Assembly: GCF_963921235.1 (NCBI RefSeq)
Contig: NC_086111.1
Span: forward strand, 14,880,001-14,944,000
Direction of reading: 5' to 3'
Source: Mobula hypostoma
Lineage: Eukaryota
DNA: 64,000 nt
Shown here: positions 35,560 to 46,379 of the stretch, piece by piece
Layout: each line of letters starts with the position of its first letter
Position numbering within the stretch: position 1 is the stretch's first letter
Made by a program: the position numbers and the translations under genes
The notes under the pieces: generated by a model
Seen by the model: the letters and a program-made list of their open reading frames with translations, nothing else
Told to the model about the DNA's origin: nothing
Databases searched by the model: none

Positions 35560-37780
35560 GGGTTGATCTGTATGTCTTATCTTTTATCTAATGTACAACA
35601 AGGTTAGGTGACCAGAGATGGGAACTGAATGCTCAAGGGATGAAGTTAATAAAATGGTGAGAAATGGTCATGATATGGAGTTAGAATCAGTTTGAGTCAA
35701 GCTAAGAACAGCAATGATCAGTGAATATTGGTAATAGTTAATGAGAAACAATCAAATAGTTGTTGTGCTCTGTATTAATCAAGAAATTAGAGGTGCATGT
35801 TTCAGATGTAAGCTTGGTTGTAAAGGGCAACTTAAATAGCTACATTTAGCTATAAAGAGTGTTCCTGATAAATATTATGCAGAACATTAATCTACACATA
35901 GACTGGACAAGTCAAATTAGTAGTATAATGAAATTCAAATTAGTTGAATATATTTCTGGTTATTTTCTGATCAACTTGTTAAGGAGCCAAGTAGGGAAGA
36001 TTGCATATCTTGCTTTGTGCAGTGAGAAAGGTTCAGTTGATGATCTGGAAACACAAGAAACTGCAGATGCTGTAGTCTGCAGCAATCCACAAAACGCTAT
36101 GGAGTGAAATGGACAGTCGACATTTCAAGCAGACCAGATAAAGGACTATTTCCTCCATATTTCCTGTCTGTCTATTTCCTTCCATAGATGCTGCATTTCG
36201 TACTGAGTTCTTCTGCATTTTTGTGTGTTAATTGTTGCTTTTGGAAAGAATAACCAAAATATTATAGAATTTTGCATTGAGTTTGAAGTGATGTAGTTCA
36301 ATCTGGAACTAAACAAAGAAAACTGAGGGCATGAGAGGAACATTGCTGGTTGATTGGACAAATATTTACAGATAAATTTGTGGACAGACAATGCCTAGAA
36401 TTTAAAGTAATATTAATTTCCAGTTAAGATCTAATAAGTCAAAGCACTAAAAACCAACAGGACAGGTAGTCAATCCATGACTGCCAATGGAAATTAAAGT
36501 TAGTTCTAAATCAAAGGATGAGGATTATACAGCTACCAAAAATCATAGTGGATGAGGGAAATTTTAGAACTCTGTAAGTGGGACCAAGAAATTGACCAAA
36601 GAAAAGGTGGAATATGAGATTAAGTGCTAAGAAACAAAAAAAAAACATGCTATGAGAGTTTCAATAGCTATGTAAAGAGGAAACGACAAAGCCAGGTGAA
36701 ATGTTTAATGCTTAATGACAGAACGAGAAAAGATCATTATGGAAATGGCAACTACCTTGTGTATGTCTTCATAGAAGACACAGAAGTGTCAGATAATCAA
36801 AAGTTTAGAGGGAATAAGGAAGAAGCTTTGGTAAAATAAATAGTACTCTGGAAGTAGATAAGACTAAAAGCCGATAATTCCCAAGGTCCCAATGGCATGC
36901 ATCCCAAAGTTTTGAGTTTATAGTTAGAAATACACCTAATGGCCACTTTATTAGGTATCACTTCAAGGTTTGATGTGTTGTGCTTTTAAGCAATGCTCTT
37001 CTGCACCCGCTGTTGTAACACATGGTTATTTGAGTTACTGACAGCGTGAACTAAGCTAGCCATTCTCCTCTGACTTCTCATTAACAAGGTGAGTTTGCCT
37101 GTAGAACTGCCCCTTACTGGATTTTTTTTTTGTTTTTTGCACAATTCTCTGTAAACTCTAGAGACTGTTGTGAAAATCCCAGGAGATCAGCAGTTTCTAA
37201 GATAGTCAAACCACCCTGTCTGGCAACAATGATCATTCTCAGTTAAAGTCACATAGATCACATTTCTTCCCCAATAAGATATTTGGTCCGAACAACCACT
37301 GAATTTCTGGACCATGTCTGTTTGCTTTTATGAACTGCATTGCTGCCACATGATTGGCTGATTAGATATTTGTAATAACGAGAAGATGTACGGGTGTAGT
37401 TAATAAAGTGGCCACTGAATATATAGCAAACACTGTGGACATCAGCTTCTAAAGTTCTAGGCATTCTGGGATAGTTTCTACAAATCGAAGGGCAACAAAC
37501 GTAACCTACCCTTGAAGGGGAAAAAAGGAGAGAAAACTACCAACCTGTCAGCCTAATGTCTATGGTGGGGAAAATGCTGTAATCTGTAATGAAGGATTTA
37601 TAACAGAACACTTTGAAATGAGTTGAACAGAGTCAGCATGAACTTACGGAATAAAATCATATTTGACAAATCTTCCGGAACTCTTTGAGGATGTAATGAG
37701 TAGTCTTGACAAGGGGCTACATAGAAAGGATGTATTTTGATTTTCAGAAGGCTTTTGATAAGGGCCCACACAAGAGATTT
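35560..37780 (+). mobile_element. Old CR1 LINE fossil with Penelope termini (about 36048-36240) and a Tc1 (36933-37421) inserted
   Basis: Decayed gggcaactttaa / aatctacacatagactgg, ggcatgcatcccaaag, accaacctgtcagcctaa and gattttcagaaggcttttgataag motifs. Confidence 0.65.
36933..37421 (-). mobile_element. Non-autonomous Tc1, second copy
   Basis: TA-flanked TIRs cacctaatggccactttattaggta and taataaagtggccactgaat. The interior is the reverse complement of 5560-6410 without the Rex insert. Confidence 0.85.
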
Positions 37781-40700
37781 CTCTCTTTTGCACTAAGTCA
37801 CTTACATAGTTGTTGTTTTCTGACAACCAGCTAACAGAGGAGCTACAGTTGTCCTTATTCTGATCTCAGCTGACTGTGTCCAATTCCATAAAGGTTATTT
37901 GAAATTGCACCCATCCACTCACATCAAGGTTGTGCACATCACCTGCTGATTATATTAATCTCATCAGAGAGAAGAACACTTACTTTTTAAAATTGATTTA
38001 TAGATGTGGACATTGCTGGCAAGGCCTGTATTTGCCCAAACCTAGTTCATCTTGACGAGGTAGTAGTGAGCTACTTCTTGAATCCCGTCTGTTTCTTCTG
38101 TTAGGTAAGGGATTCCAGAATTTAGGTTTTGACACAGTGGCAAAGATGAACCAGCAGAACATTTACAAGTCTGGACAATATATAATTTGGAGGGGAGCTT
38201 GCAGATCTGAGTGATATCATATGCCTGCTGCCCTTGTAATTGCTGCTGGTGGAGGTCATAGGTTAAAGTGGTAATGGTGGAGTATCTCATTTTATAGATT
38301 GTTGACGCAGTGCTCCTGTGCACTGATAATGGGTGGAATGAACATTTAGTGTGAGCTAATAGATATGTGTGTCACTCATCTCAATATCTCCAGTCTCTGA
38401 CCTGTTCTAGCAACATCATGGGTCAGTTAAGCTTCTAGACAATGGTAAACCACTCCCCCCCCACAACTCTGATCTTGATGTGGTGAGAACTCAGCATTGA
38501 TAATGCTATTGAATGTCAAGAGTTGGTGGTTACACTATATCTCATTGGAGATGGCCATTGAGTGGTACTTTTGTGACTTGTCAAAAATATTGCTCATCGG
38601 AAATATTGCTTGTGACAAACCAACAAAAGCCTTACAGGCATGGACTGCTTTATTTGTTGAGAAGTTGTGAATGAAGTTGAATACTGTGCAATCATCAACA
38701 AATATCTTAAGTCCTAACGTCATGTTGAATATACCCTGAGAAACTCCTGCAACAGTGTCTTGGGACCAGGATGATTGGCCTACAAAAACCACAATCAGTT
38801 TTTACTTATACTGTATGAGCTTTTCACCAGCCATTGAAATGATCTCCCCTTTATAATTGCCCAGTGGCATCAGTTTTACCAGGCCTCCCTGATGCTCTGA
38901 CAGTGCTTATCTTGAAGTCAAGGGAGATCCCTCTCACCCATAGCACTTTGACTCATGCTTGGACCAAGATTGTGATGAGGTCTGAAACCAAGTGGCCCTG
39001 ACAAAGCCCAAACTGATTAGAAGGCTCACTTAAGAAAACTTGTAAGAAAATTCCTAATGGATCTTGTGGCTGACTGCAACACAAAACAACAGGGCTACTT
39101 AGTGAGGTCTGAAATAGTGGCACTAGGTAACTCATTGAGATGTCATGCCATAGTGAGACACCATAACAAATGCTGATTGTTCCATTTGTTTGAAGCTCAT
39201 GTTCATTAACCTTGTGACATCATTTATAGGTGGTGGAAGAATTTTCAGCCTATAATGTTAATCTGTTTATAGGTTCATAGAAGAAAGCTAACATGTGACA
39301 GATATACTGTATACATAGGTAATAATGCCCCAACACCAATACTGGGAAAGAGTGGATATTGTAGCTCTGAACTTTGTACTTCAAGAATGTATGTCACTTC
39401 TTTATTTAGAGATACTGTACAGTAACAGGCCCCTCGAACCCACGAGCTCATGCCATCCAGTCACACCCATGTGACCAATTAAACTACTAACCCATATGTC
39501 TGGAATGTGGGAGGAAGCCCATGGGGTCGTGGGGAGAACATGCAAACTCCTTACAGAGAGCAGTGTAAATGGAACCTTCTGTGAGCCATTCTACCAACAG
39601 TAGACACTTCAACCCTGAGAAGGCATTAGGAATGGCATTTTGTTGGAGTGTTTGATATATTGTGGTGTGATGTGTCAATGAATATGATTGTTGTATTTCC
39701 AAAGTGATTTTCAGAATCATGGTTTAGTCTTTGCTAAAGCCTCTCTTTTCATGAAGTCCTCTCCTACTATTTTATGGACTTACCCCTGTGGCTGTTGTTG
39801 CTGGAAGGCTGGTCTCCTCCAGACTGGGAATTTTTGATGTCTTCCATGGGTGCTTATGATCCCATGATATAGTTCTGCCTTTGATGCAGCAGCTGCAGAA
39901 TACAACATCCCAACTGAGAAGTGAGCTCTGGTGTATAGGGGAGAGAGTATTACCTCAGAGCCTGTGGCGTCAGGACAGATTCACACATCCTGTGAGAGGA
40001 GAAATGTTTACTCGCTGCAATGTCTGGGCTGGGCTCTTATGACAATTAACTGTGAATGCATCAGCTGTTGCCAAAGTGTGCTACCAACCGGGCTACCCTT
40101 GAAAATACATCATGGAAAATATAGGTCTGCTCCGAGTGAGCTGCACTGAGCAGTTCACAAAGAATGGTTCTTGCTGAAGTGCAGCATGTTCCATAGAATT
40201 GTACACCATGTGGCTCAACATATTCACTCTGATCTTTAGGCACCCTTCCCCATTAACCCCATTCCCAGTTCTTGGTACGTTGGTGATTCAAGTGCTTATC
40301 TCAGCACTTCTTAACAACTGTCATTCCACAGTATCTGTGGTGTAAAAATGAGGGAAACTGTATGGTAGGAATATAATAAAGCACAACTGCAATTTTTTAA
40401 ACTGTCAGGACAGCATTACTCAGTTCTGTTTTCCCCGAAGTATTCTAGAAACGCAGTAGGGTTAAGCACATGATGATCATGAATCAGAACTTTTATAATG
40501 TAGAAGAAGTGCATTTAGCTCATTGATTATTCACTGGATCAATGCAAGAGCGATCGAGCTATCTATTTTCATGCCCAGTTCCCTTTTAAGCATGACTCTC
40601 CCTAGCAGTTCTAGGCACTGTATCACTGTTTAAAACAAAATACTTTCATTTGTGACCTTTGATTCTTTTGCTAATCACTCTCATTCTATATCCCTTTTGT

Positions 40701-40962
40701 TCTTGAGCCCTCTTCGAGTTGGTTAAGTTTCTGTCTAATACACTGTCTATGCCCTTGATTTAAATAATGCTCTGTCCGAAGAGGATAACCCTTGTTTTTC
40801 CAGTCTGTCCACATAACTGAAGTCCTTCCTTGCAACTGTCTCTGTAAATATCTTCTGCACTTTATCTTCAAAAGGCAATGCCTCAAAAAGGTGGCAATAA
40901 TCCTTGAGGATCCCCACCATCCAGGACATGCCCTCTTTTCAGTACGATCATCAGGGAAGAAG

Positions 40963-41268
40963 CGTGGCCAAGTGGTTAGGGCATTCTTCTAGTGATCTCA
41001 AGGTTGCTAGTTCGAGCCTTGGCTGAGGCAGCGTGTTGTGTCCTTGAGCAAGGCACTTAACCACACATTGCTCTGCGACGACACCGATGCCAAGTTGTAT
41101 GGGTCCTAATGCCCTTCCCTTGGACAACATCGGTGGTGTGGGGGGAGACTTGCAGCATGGGCAACTGCCGGTCTTCCATACGACCTTGCCCAGGCCTGCG
41201 CCCTGAAAACCTTCCAAGGCGCAAATTCATGGTCTCACAAAACTAACGGATGCCTATACTATACTATA
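40963..41268 (+). mobile_element. tRNA-derived SINE with a 14-bp TSD
   Basis: A box TGGCCAAGTGG at 40965, B box GTTCGAGCC at 41010 and a (ctata)3 tail. TSD catcagggaagaag at 40949-40962 and 41269-41282. It sits in a Rex-like 3' fragment (about 40860-41460). Confidence 0.9.
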
Positions 41269-41804
41269 CATCAGGGAAGAAGTACAGGAGCCCAAAGAAA
41301 CAGCTTCTGGCCCTCCGTCATCAGATTTCTGAACAGTCAATGAACCCATGAACGCCACTGCACTATTTTTGCTCTCTTTCTGTACCACTTACTTAATTTT
41401 TTCCTTATATTTCTTATTGTAATTTATAGTATATTTTATGTATTGCTACTGCAAAACAAGAGTAGTTGCCAGAGTAATCTAGGCAAGTAAATACAGTGCA
41501 GCCATGGGTTCCTTCTAGATAAAAGAGTCAAAGTTTAGAATGGTGAATAGAGTACCAATTAAGCAAGCTGTGTTGTATTAGATGATGTTACACTGGTTGA
41601 GTGTTGTTGGAGCTGTGTTCATTCATGAAGCAGCTGAAGTAGTTGTACCCATGACACTGCCATGAAGAACTTCTGCAGTGATGCTCTGTGGCTGAGACAA
41701 TCATTTAGTGATCAAAACCTTCTTCCTTTGTGTGAGGCACTCCCCATGATTCTCATTGACCAGTTCAACAAGAAATCCTCATGACAAACATATGAAAGTA
41801 GATG

Positions 41805-42260
41805 CTTATTATAGAAGGAGTACAATGAAGAGATTAGTTATTTAATGGCAGCTTTACTCGCTGAAATTTTAGAAGGATGAAGGGAATCTCATTAAAACTG
41901 TTCGAATGCTGAAAGGCCTAGACAGAGTAGATGTGGAAAGGATGTTTCCCGTGGTGGGTGAATCTACGACAAGAGGGCACTGCCTCAGGATATAGTGGTG
42001 TCCATTTAAAACAGAAGTGGGTAAATTTCTTTAGCCGGGGGTGGTGAATTTGTGGATTTTGTTACGACAGGCAACTGTGGAGGCTAAGTTGTTGGGTGTA
42101 TTTAAGGCAGAGGTTGATAGGTTCTTCATTGAACACAGCATCAAAGGTTACGGGGAGAAGGCCAGGGAATGGGGTTGAGGAGGGGAAAAACGGATTTGCT
42201 ATGATTGAATGACAGAGCAGACTCGATAGCCTAATTCTGCTCCTGTGTCTTATGGTCTTA
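41805..42260 (+). mobile_element. CR1 3' end, apparently a duplicate of 46843-47285
   Basis: CR1 tail motifs plus a junction shared with 46843. Confidence 0.8.
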
Positions 42261-44059
42261 AGGAGACAAATGTCTCCTTTCCTTATGGTGAGTGACATTC
42301 ACTTGAAGTACTATCAGCCTTCCTGCCAATGCCTCTTTATCTAATTGTATTTCATTGGATATTCCAGTGGCCTGCTTATTTCAAAGTGCTGATCTAATAC
42401 CTCTGCCATACCTGCTGTTGCTTTTTTGTCCATTATCAGCTCTGTTAACTGTCTGACAGCCTTCTTGATATCCTGGAGAAGATCATAAAATTCCCTTACT
42501 TTTAGTTGCCTGTTTATTTTTGCTTTGTATCTTTGCTCCTCTTACTTTCTTTTTAATGCGATTTCATTTATCCCATGCATTTTTACATTCAGCAGATTCT
42601 GCTGCTGAAGCTGTTATTTGTAGTGTTGAATGGATCAGAGCAGAGGAGTTTTGCTGTGTACAGGGGTATTTTCCGATGAGATTTTTTGTTTCATTCTACT
42701 GTTTAACTCTTTATTCAAAGCTTCAAAAAGTGGATTTATTATCAAAGTACGTATGCAGTATACAACCCAATGAGGTTTGCTCCCCCACAGACAGCCACGA
42801 AACAAAGAAACACCACAGAACATGTTCAAAGAAAACATCGAGCACCCAATGCACAAAAAAAATTGCGCAAACAGCAAAAAATGAGTGAAAAACAAAATAA
42901 AAACGTCAAGCTATTGAAACAGTCCAGGAATGTTTACCATCCAGGAGGCATTGATTGTACATGTTTCTCCCCAGAAAGAATATCTGGATTATAAAGCAGC
43001 TACTTCCAGCCTATTTTATTGCATTGGACTAAATCCAGAAATGTCTTACCTTCTTTCATGGCCCCATCCAATATATCATCAATATATACTAATATTTCAG
43101 CAATTATTACACTGTAGATTTCAAACACTTAGCTTTTTGCAGATCTATTTATCTGTCCAGTTGCTGCTCACCTCAGTTCTCAAGTGTGAGGAGTATAGAT
43201 ATTGTAAATGCGAGCGGGCTTTTTCCATTGAGGTTGGGTGAGACTAGAGCCAGAGGTCATAGGTTAAGGGTGAAAGGTTTAAGGGGAACATGTGGGAGAA
43301 CTTCTTCACAGAGGTTGGTGAGCGTGTGGAACAAGCTGCCAGCGAAGTGGTGGATGCGGGTTCAATTTCAACATTTAAGGGAAGTTGGATAAGTACATGG
43401 ATGGGAGAGTTATGGAGGGTCATGGTCCAGGCGATAGCCGATGACACAACGCAGTATAATAGTTTGGCAGACTGGATGGGTTAAAGGGCCTGTTCTGTGA
43501 CTTGAACTTCAACTAAACACAATTCCAATCAATTACTTTGTTCAAGATAATGACTTACTTTTTGAAGGATTTCATTTTTAACTATAAGAAGTATTCTGTA
43601 ATGGATTTACTGATTTCACTCCACTGCTGGGTTCAGAGTTAGTCCACTGGCGTTCTTTAGTGGAATGTAACTTAGTTGGCAATCGTTTAGTTAACGTTCA
43701 GTTTCAGTTGGAGAATAATAAGTGCAGGTTTAAAGAAGCTAGTTGGTGGTGGAAGGCTATTAGCCAGAAGCTGCTCTGGGTTTGCTCTTTAGTCCTGATT
43801 CAATTGGAAGTATATTTAATTACATGCCCAGTGTACTGAACTGTTGACGCTGTTGCTGCAGCATGATGGGTGCATTTGTCACACATGATGTGTCTGTGTG
43901 TATCTGTCTTGTCTGTCTGTATTTCCAAAACCCAAAGCAGTGAGTCTAAAAACAAAAACATAAACATGAGGAATTCTGCAGATGCAGGAAATTCAAGCAA
44001 CACACATCAAAGTTGCTGGTGAATGCAGCAGGCCAGGCAGCATCTCTAGGAAGAGGTAC

Positions 44060-44095
44060 AGTCGACGTTTCGGGCCGAGACCCTTCGTCAGGACT
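44060..44095 (-). ncRNA. Minimal type-I hammerhead ribozyme motif (core intact)
   Basis: Minus strand: AGUC-CUGACGA-A-GGG(UCUCGG)CCC-GAAA-CG-UC^GACU. It has stem I AGUC/GACU, stem II GGG/CCC, both core boxes and a GUC cleavage triplet. Confidence 0.8.
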
Positions 44096-44714
44096 AACTG
44101 AAGAAAGAGCTAGTAAGAGATTTAAAAGGGGGAGGGGGAGATCCAAAATGATAGGAGAAGACAGGAGGGGGAGGGATGGAGGCAAGAGCTGGACAGGTGA
44201 TTGGCAAAAGGGATATGAGAGGATCATGGGACAGGAGGCCCAGGGAGAAGGAAAAGGGGGACGGGGGGAAAAACCCAGAGGATGGGCAAGGGGTATAGTG
44301 AGAGGGACAGAGGGAGAAAAAGGAGAGTGAGAGAAAGAACGTGTGTATATAAATAAATAATGGATGGGGTACGAGGGGGAGGTGGGGCATTAGCAGAAGT
44401 TAGAGAAGTCAATGTTCATGCCATCAGGTTGGAGGCTACCCAGACGGAATATAAGGTGTTGTTCCTCCAATCTGAGTGTGGCTTCATCTTTACAGTAGAG
44501 GAGGCCGTGGATACCCCTTGCCCATCCTCTGGGTTTTTCCCCCCTCCCCCTTTTCCTTCTCCCTGGGCCTCCCGTCCCATGATCTTCTGATATCCCTTTT
44601 GCCAATCACCTGTCCAGCTCTTGGCTCCATCGCTCCCCCTCCTGTCTTCTCCTATCATTTTGGATCTCCCCCTCCCCCTTCCACTTTCAACTCTTACTAG
44701 CTCTTCCTTCAGTT

Positions 44715-44750
44715 AGTCCTGACGAAGGGTCTCGGCCTGAAACGTCAACT
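44715..44750 (+). ncRNA. Minimal hammerhead motif on the strand of the RNF123 pre-mRNA
   Basis: AGUC-CUGACGA-AGG(GUCUCGG)CCU-GAAA-CG-UC^AACU. The core is intact, with one stem-I mismatch next to the cleavage site. Confidence 0.7.
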
Positions 44751-44919
44751 GTACCTCTTCCTAGAGATGCTGCCTGGCCTGCTGCGTTCACCAGCAACTT
44801 TGATGTGTGTTGTAGTGAGTCTAAGGATGCTGTTAATTTTATTTAGACTGCTGATCCTGGGGCAGGCACGCATCAAGTATTAGTCGCAGCGCTAAGAGCC
44901 CAAATTGACTTTACCAAAT

Positions 44920-45181
44920 TGACTATTATTATTACTTTATTGTCGCCAAACAATTGATACTAGAGCGTACAATCATCACAGCGATATTTGATTCTGCGCT
45001 TCACGCTCCCTGGAGTACTAATCGATAGTAAATATAATAAAAATTTAAATTATAAATCATAAATAGAAAAGGGAAAGTAAGGTAGTGCAAAAAAGCCGAG
45101 AGGCAGGTCTGGATATTTGGAGAGTACGGCCCAGATCCGGGTCAGGATCTGTTCAGCAGTCTTATCACAGTTGGAAAGAAA
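44920..45181 (-). mobile_element. 3' end of another Rex/L2-like LINE
   Basis: The minus strand reads SFFPTVIRLLN and ends with aataaagtaataataatag. It is flanked by a duplicated caaattgacttt(a/g)ccaaat. Confidence 0.7.
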
Positions 45182-45351
45182 CTAAGAGTCTAAAGCTCAA
45201 ATTGACTTTGCCAAATATTTCACAATATTCTAGATATCCTGCTATTAATAATGAAATCGGGAGTTTTTCCATTGGGAGGTGTAATGAGAGGCGTTGATCG
45301 TGTGGATAGCCAGAGGCTTTTTCTCAGGGCTGAAATAGCTTTAAGGTGCTT

Positions 45352-46060
45352 ATAGAACATAGAATAGTACAGCACACTACAGGCCCTTCAGCCCACAATG
45401 TTGTGCCGACCCTCAAACCCTGCCTCCCATATAAGCCCCCACCTTAGATTCCTCCATATACCTGTCTAGTAGTCTCTTAAACTTCACTAGTCTATCTGCC
45501 TCCACCACTGACTCAGGCAGTGCATTCCACACACCAGCCACTCTCTGAGTAAAAAACCTTCCTCTAACATCCCCCTTGAACTTCCCACCCCTTACCTTAA
45601 AGCCATGTCCTCTTGTATTGAGCAGTGGTGCCCCGGGGAAGAGGCGCTGGCTATCCACTCTATCTATTCCTCTTATTATCTTGTACACCTCTATCATGTC
45701 TCCTGTCATCCTCCTTCTCTCCAAAGAGTAAAGCCCTAGCTCCCTTAATCTCTGATCATAATGCATACTTTCTAAACCAGGCAGCATCCTGGTAAATCTC
45801 CTCTGTACCCTTTCCAATGCTTCCACATCCTTCCTATAGTGAGGCGACCAGAACTGGACACAGTACTCCAAGTGTGGCCTAACCAGAGTTTTATAGAGCT
45901 GCATCATTACATTGCGACTCTTAAACTCTATCCCTCGACTTATGAAAGCTAACACCCCATAAGCTTTCTTAACTACCCTATCCACCTGTGAGGCAACTTT
46001 CCGGGATCTATGGACATGTACCCCAAGATCCCTCTGCTCCTCCACACTACCAAGTATCCT
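45352..46060 (-). mobile_element. Young CR1 3' fragment inserted into a plus-strand CR1 tail (about 45260-46322)
   Basis: Intact frame RILGSVEEQRDLGVHVH...LYKTLVRPHLEYCVQFWSPHY, tail tattctatgttctat, and tgctt repeated at the junctions. Confidence 0.9.
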
Positions 46061-46379
46061 GCTTGGAAGTAGGTACGGGGGGATGTCAGAGGTAAGTATT
46101 TCACAGAGAGTGGTGGGTGCGTGGAATGCACTGCCAGTGACGGTGGTAGAGATGGATACAATAAAGTATTTTAAGAGATTTTTAGACAGGTACATGGAGC
46201 TTAGAAAAATAGAGGGCTGTGCGTTAGGGTAATTCTAGGTAGTTTCTAGAGTAGGTTACATGGTTGGCACAACATTATGGGCCGAAGGGCCTGTAATGTG
46301 CTTAAGATTTCTATATTCTATGATAGGTTAGCTGCCCAATGGTCACCAGCTTTTTGTCTCCATCCCTTCTTAGAAAGGG

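Larger units (their letters stand above)
43950..44813. mobile_element. Penelope-like insertion with an inverted (fold-back) terminal duplication and an 11-bp TSD
   Basis: Arms at 43998-44296 and 44511-44812 are near-perfect reverse complements. The spacer encodes the endonuclease C-terminus LEEQHLIFRLGSLQPDGMNIDFSNF on the minus strand. TSD agtgagtctaa at 43939-43949 and 44814-44824. Confidence 0.92.

Noticed and set aside
40963-41030. tRNA gene
   Set aside because: A and B boxes are present, but there is no convincing cloverleaf. It continues into a SINE body with a tail and TSD.
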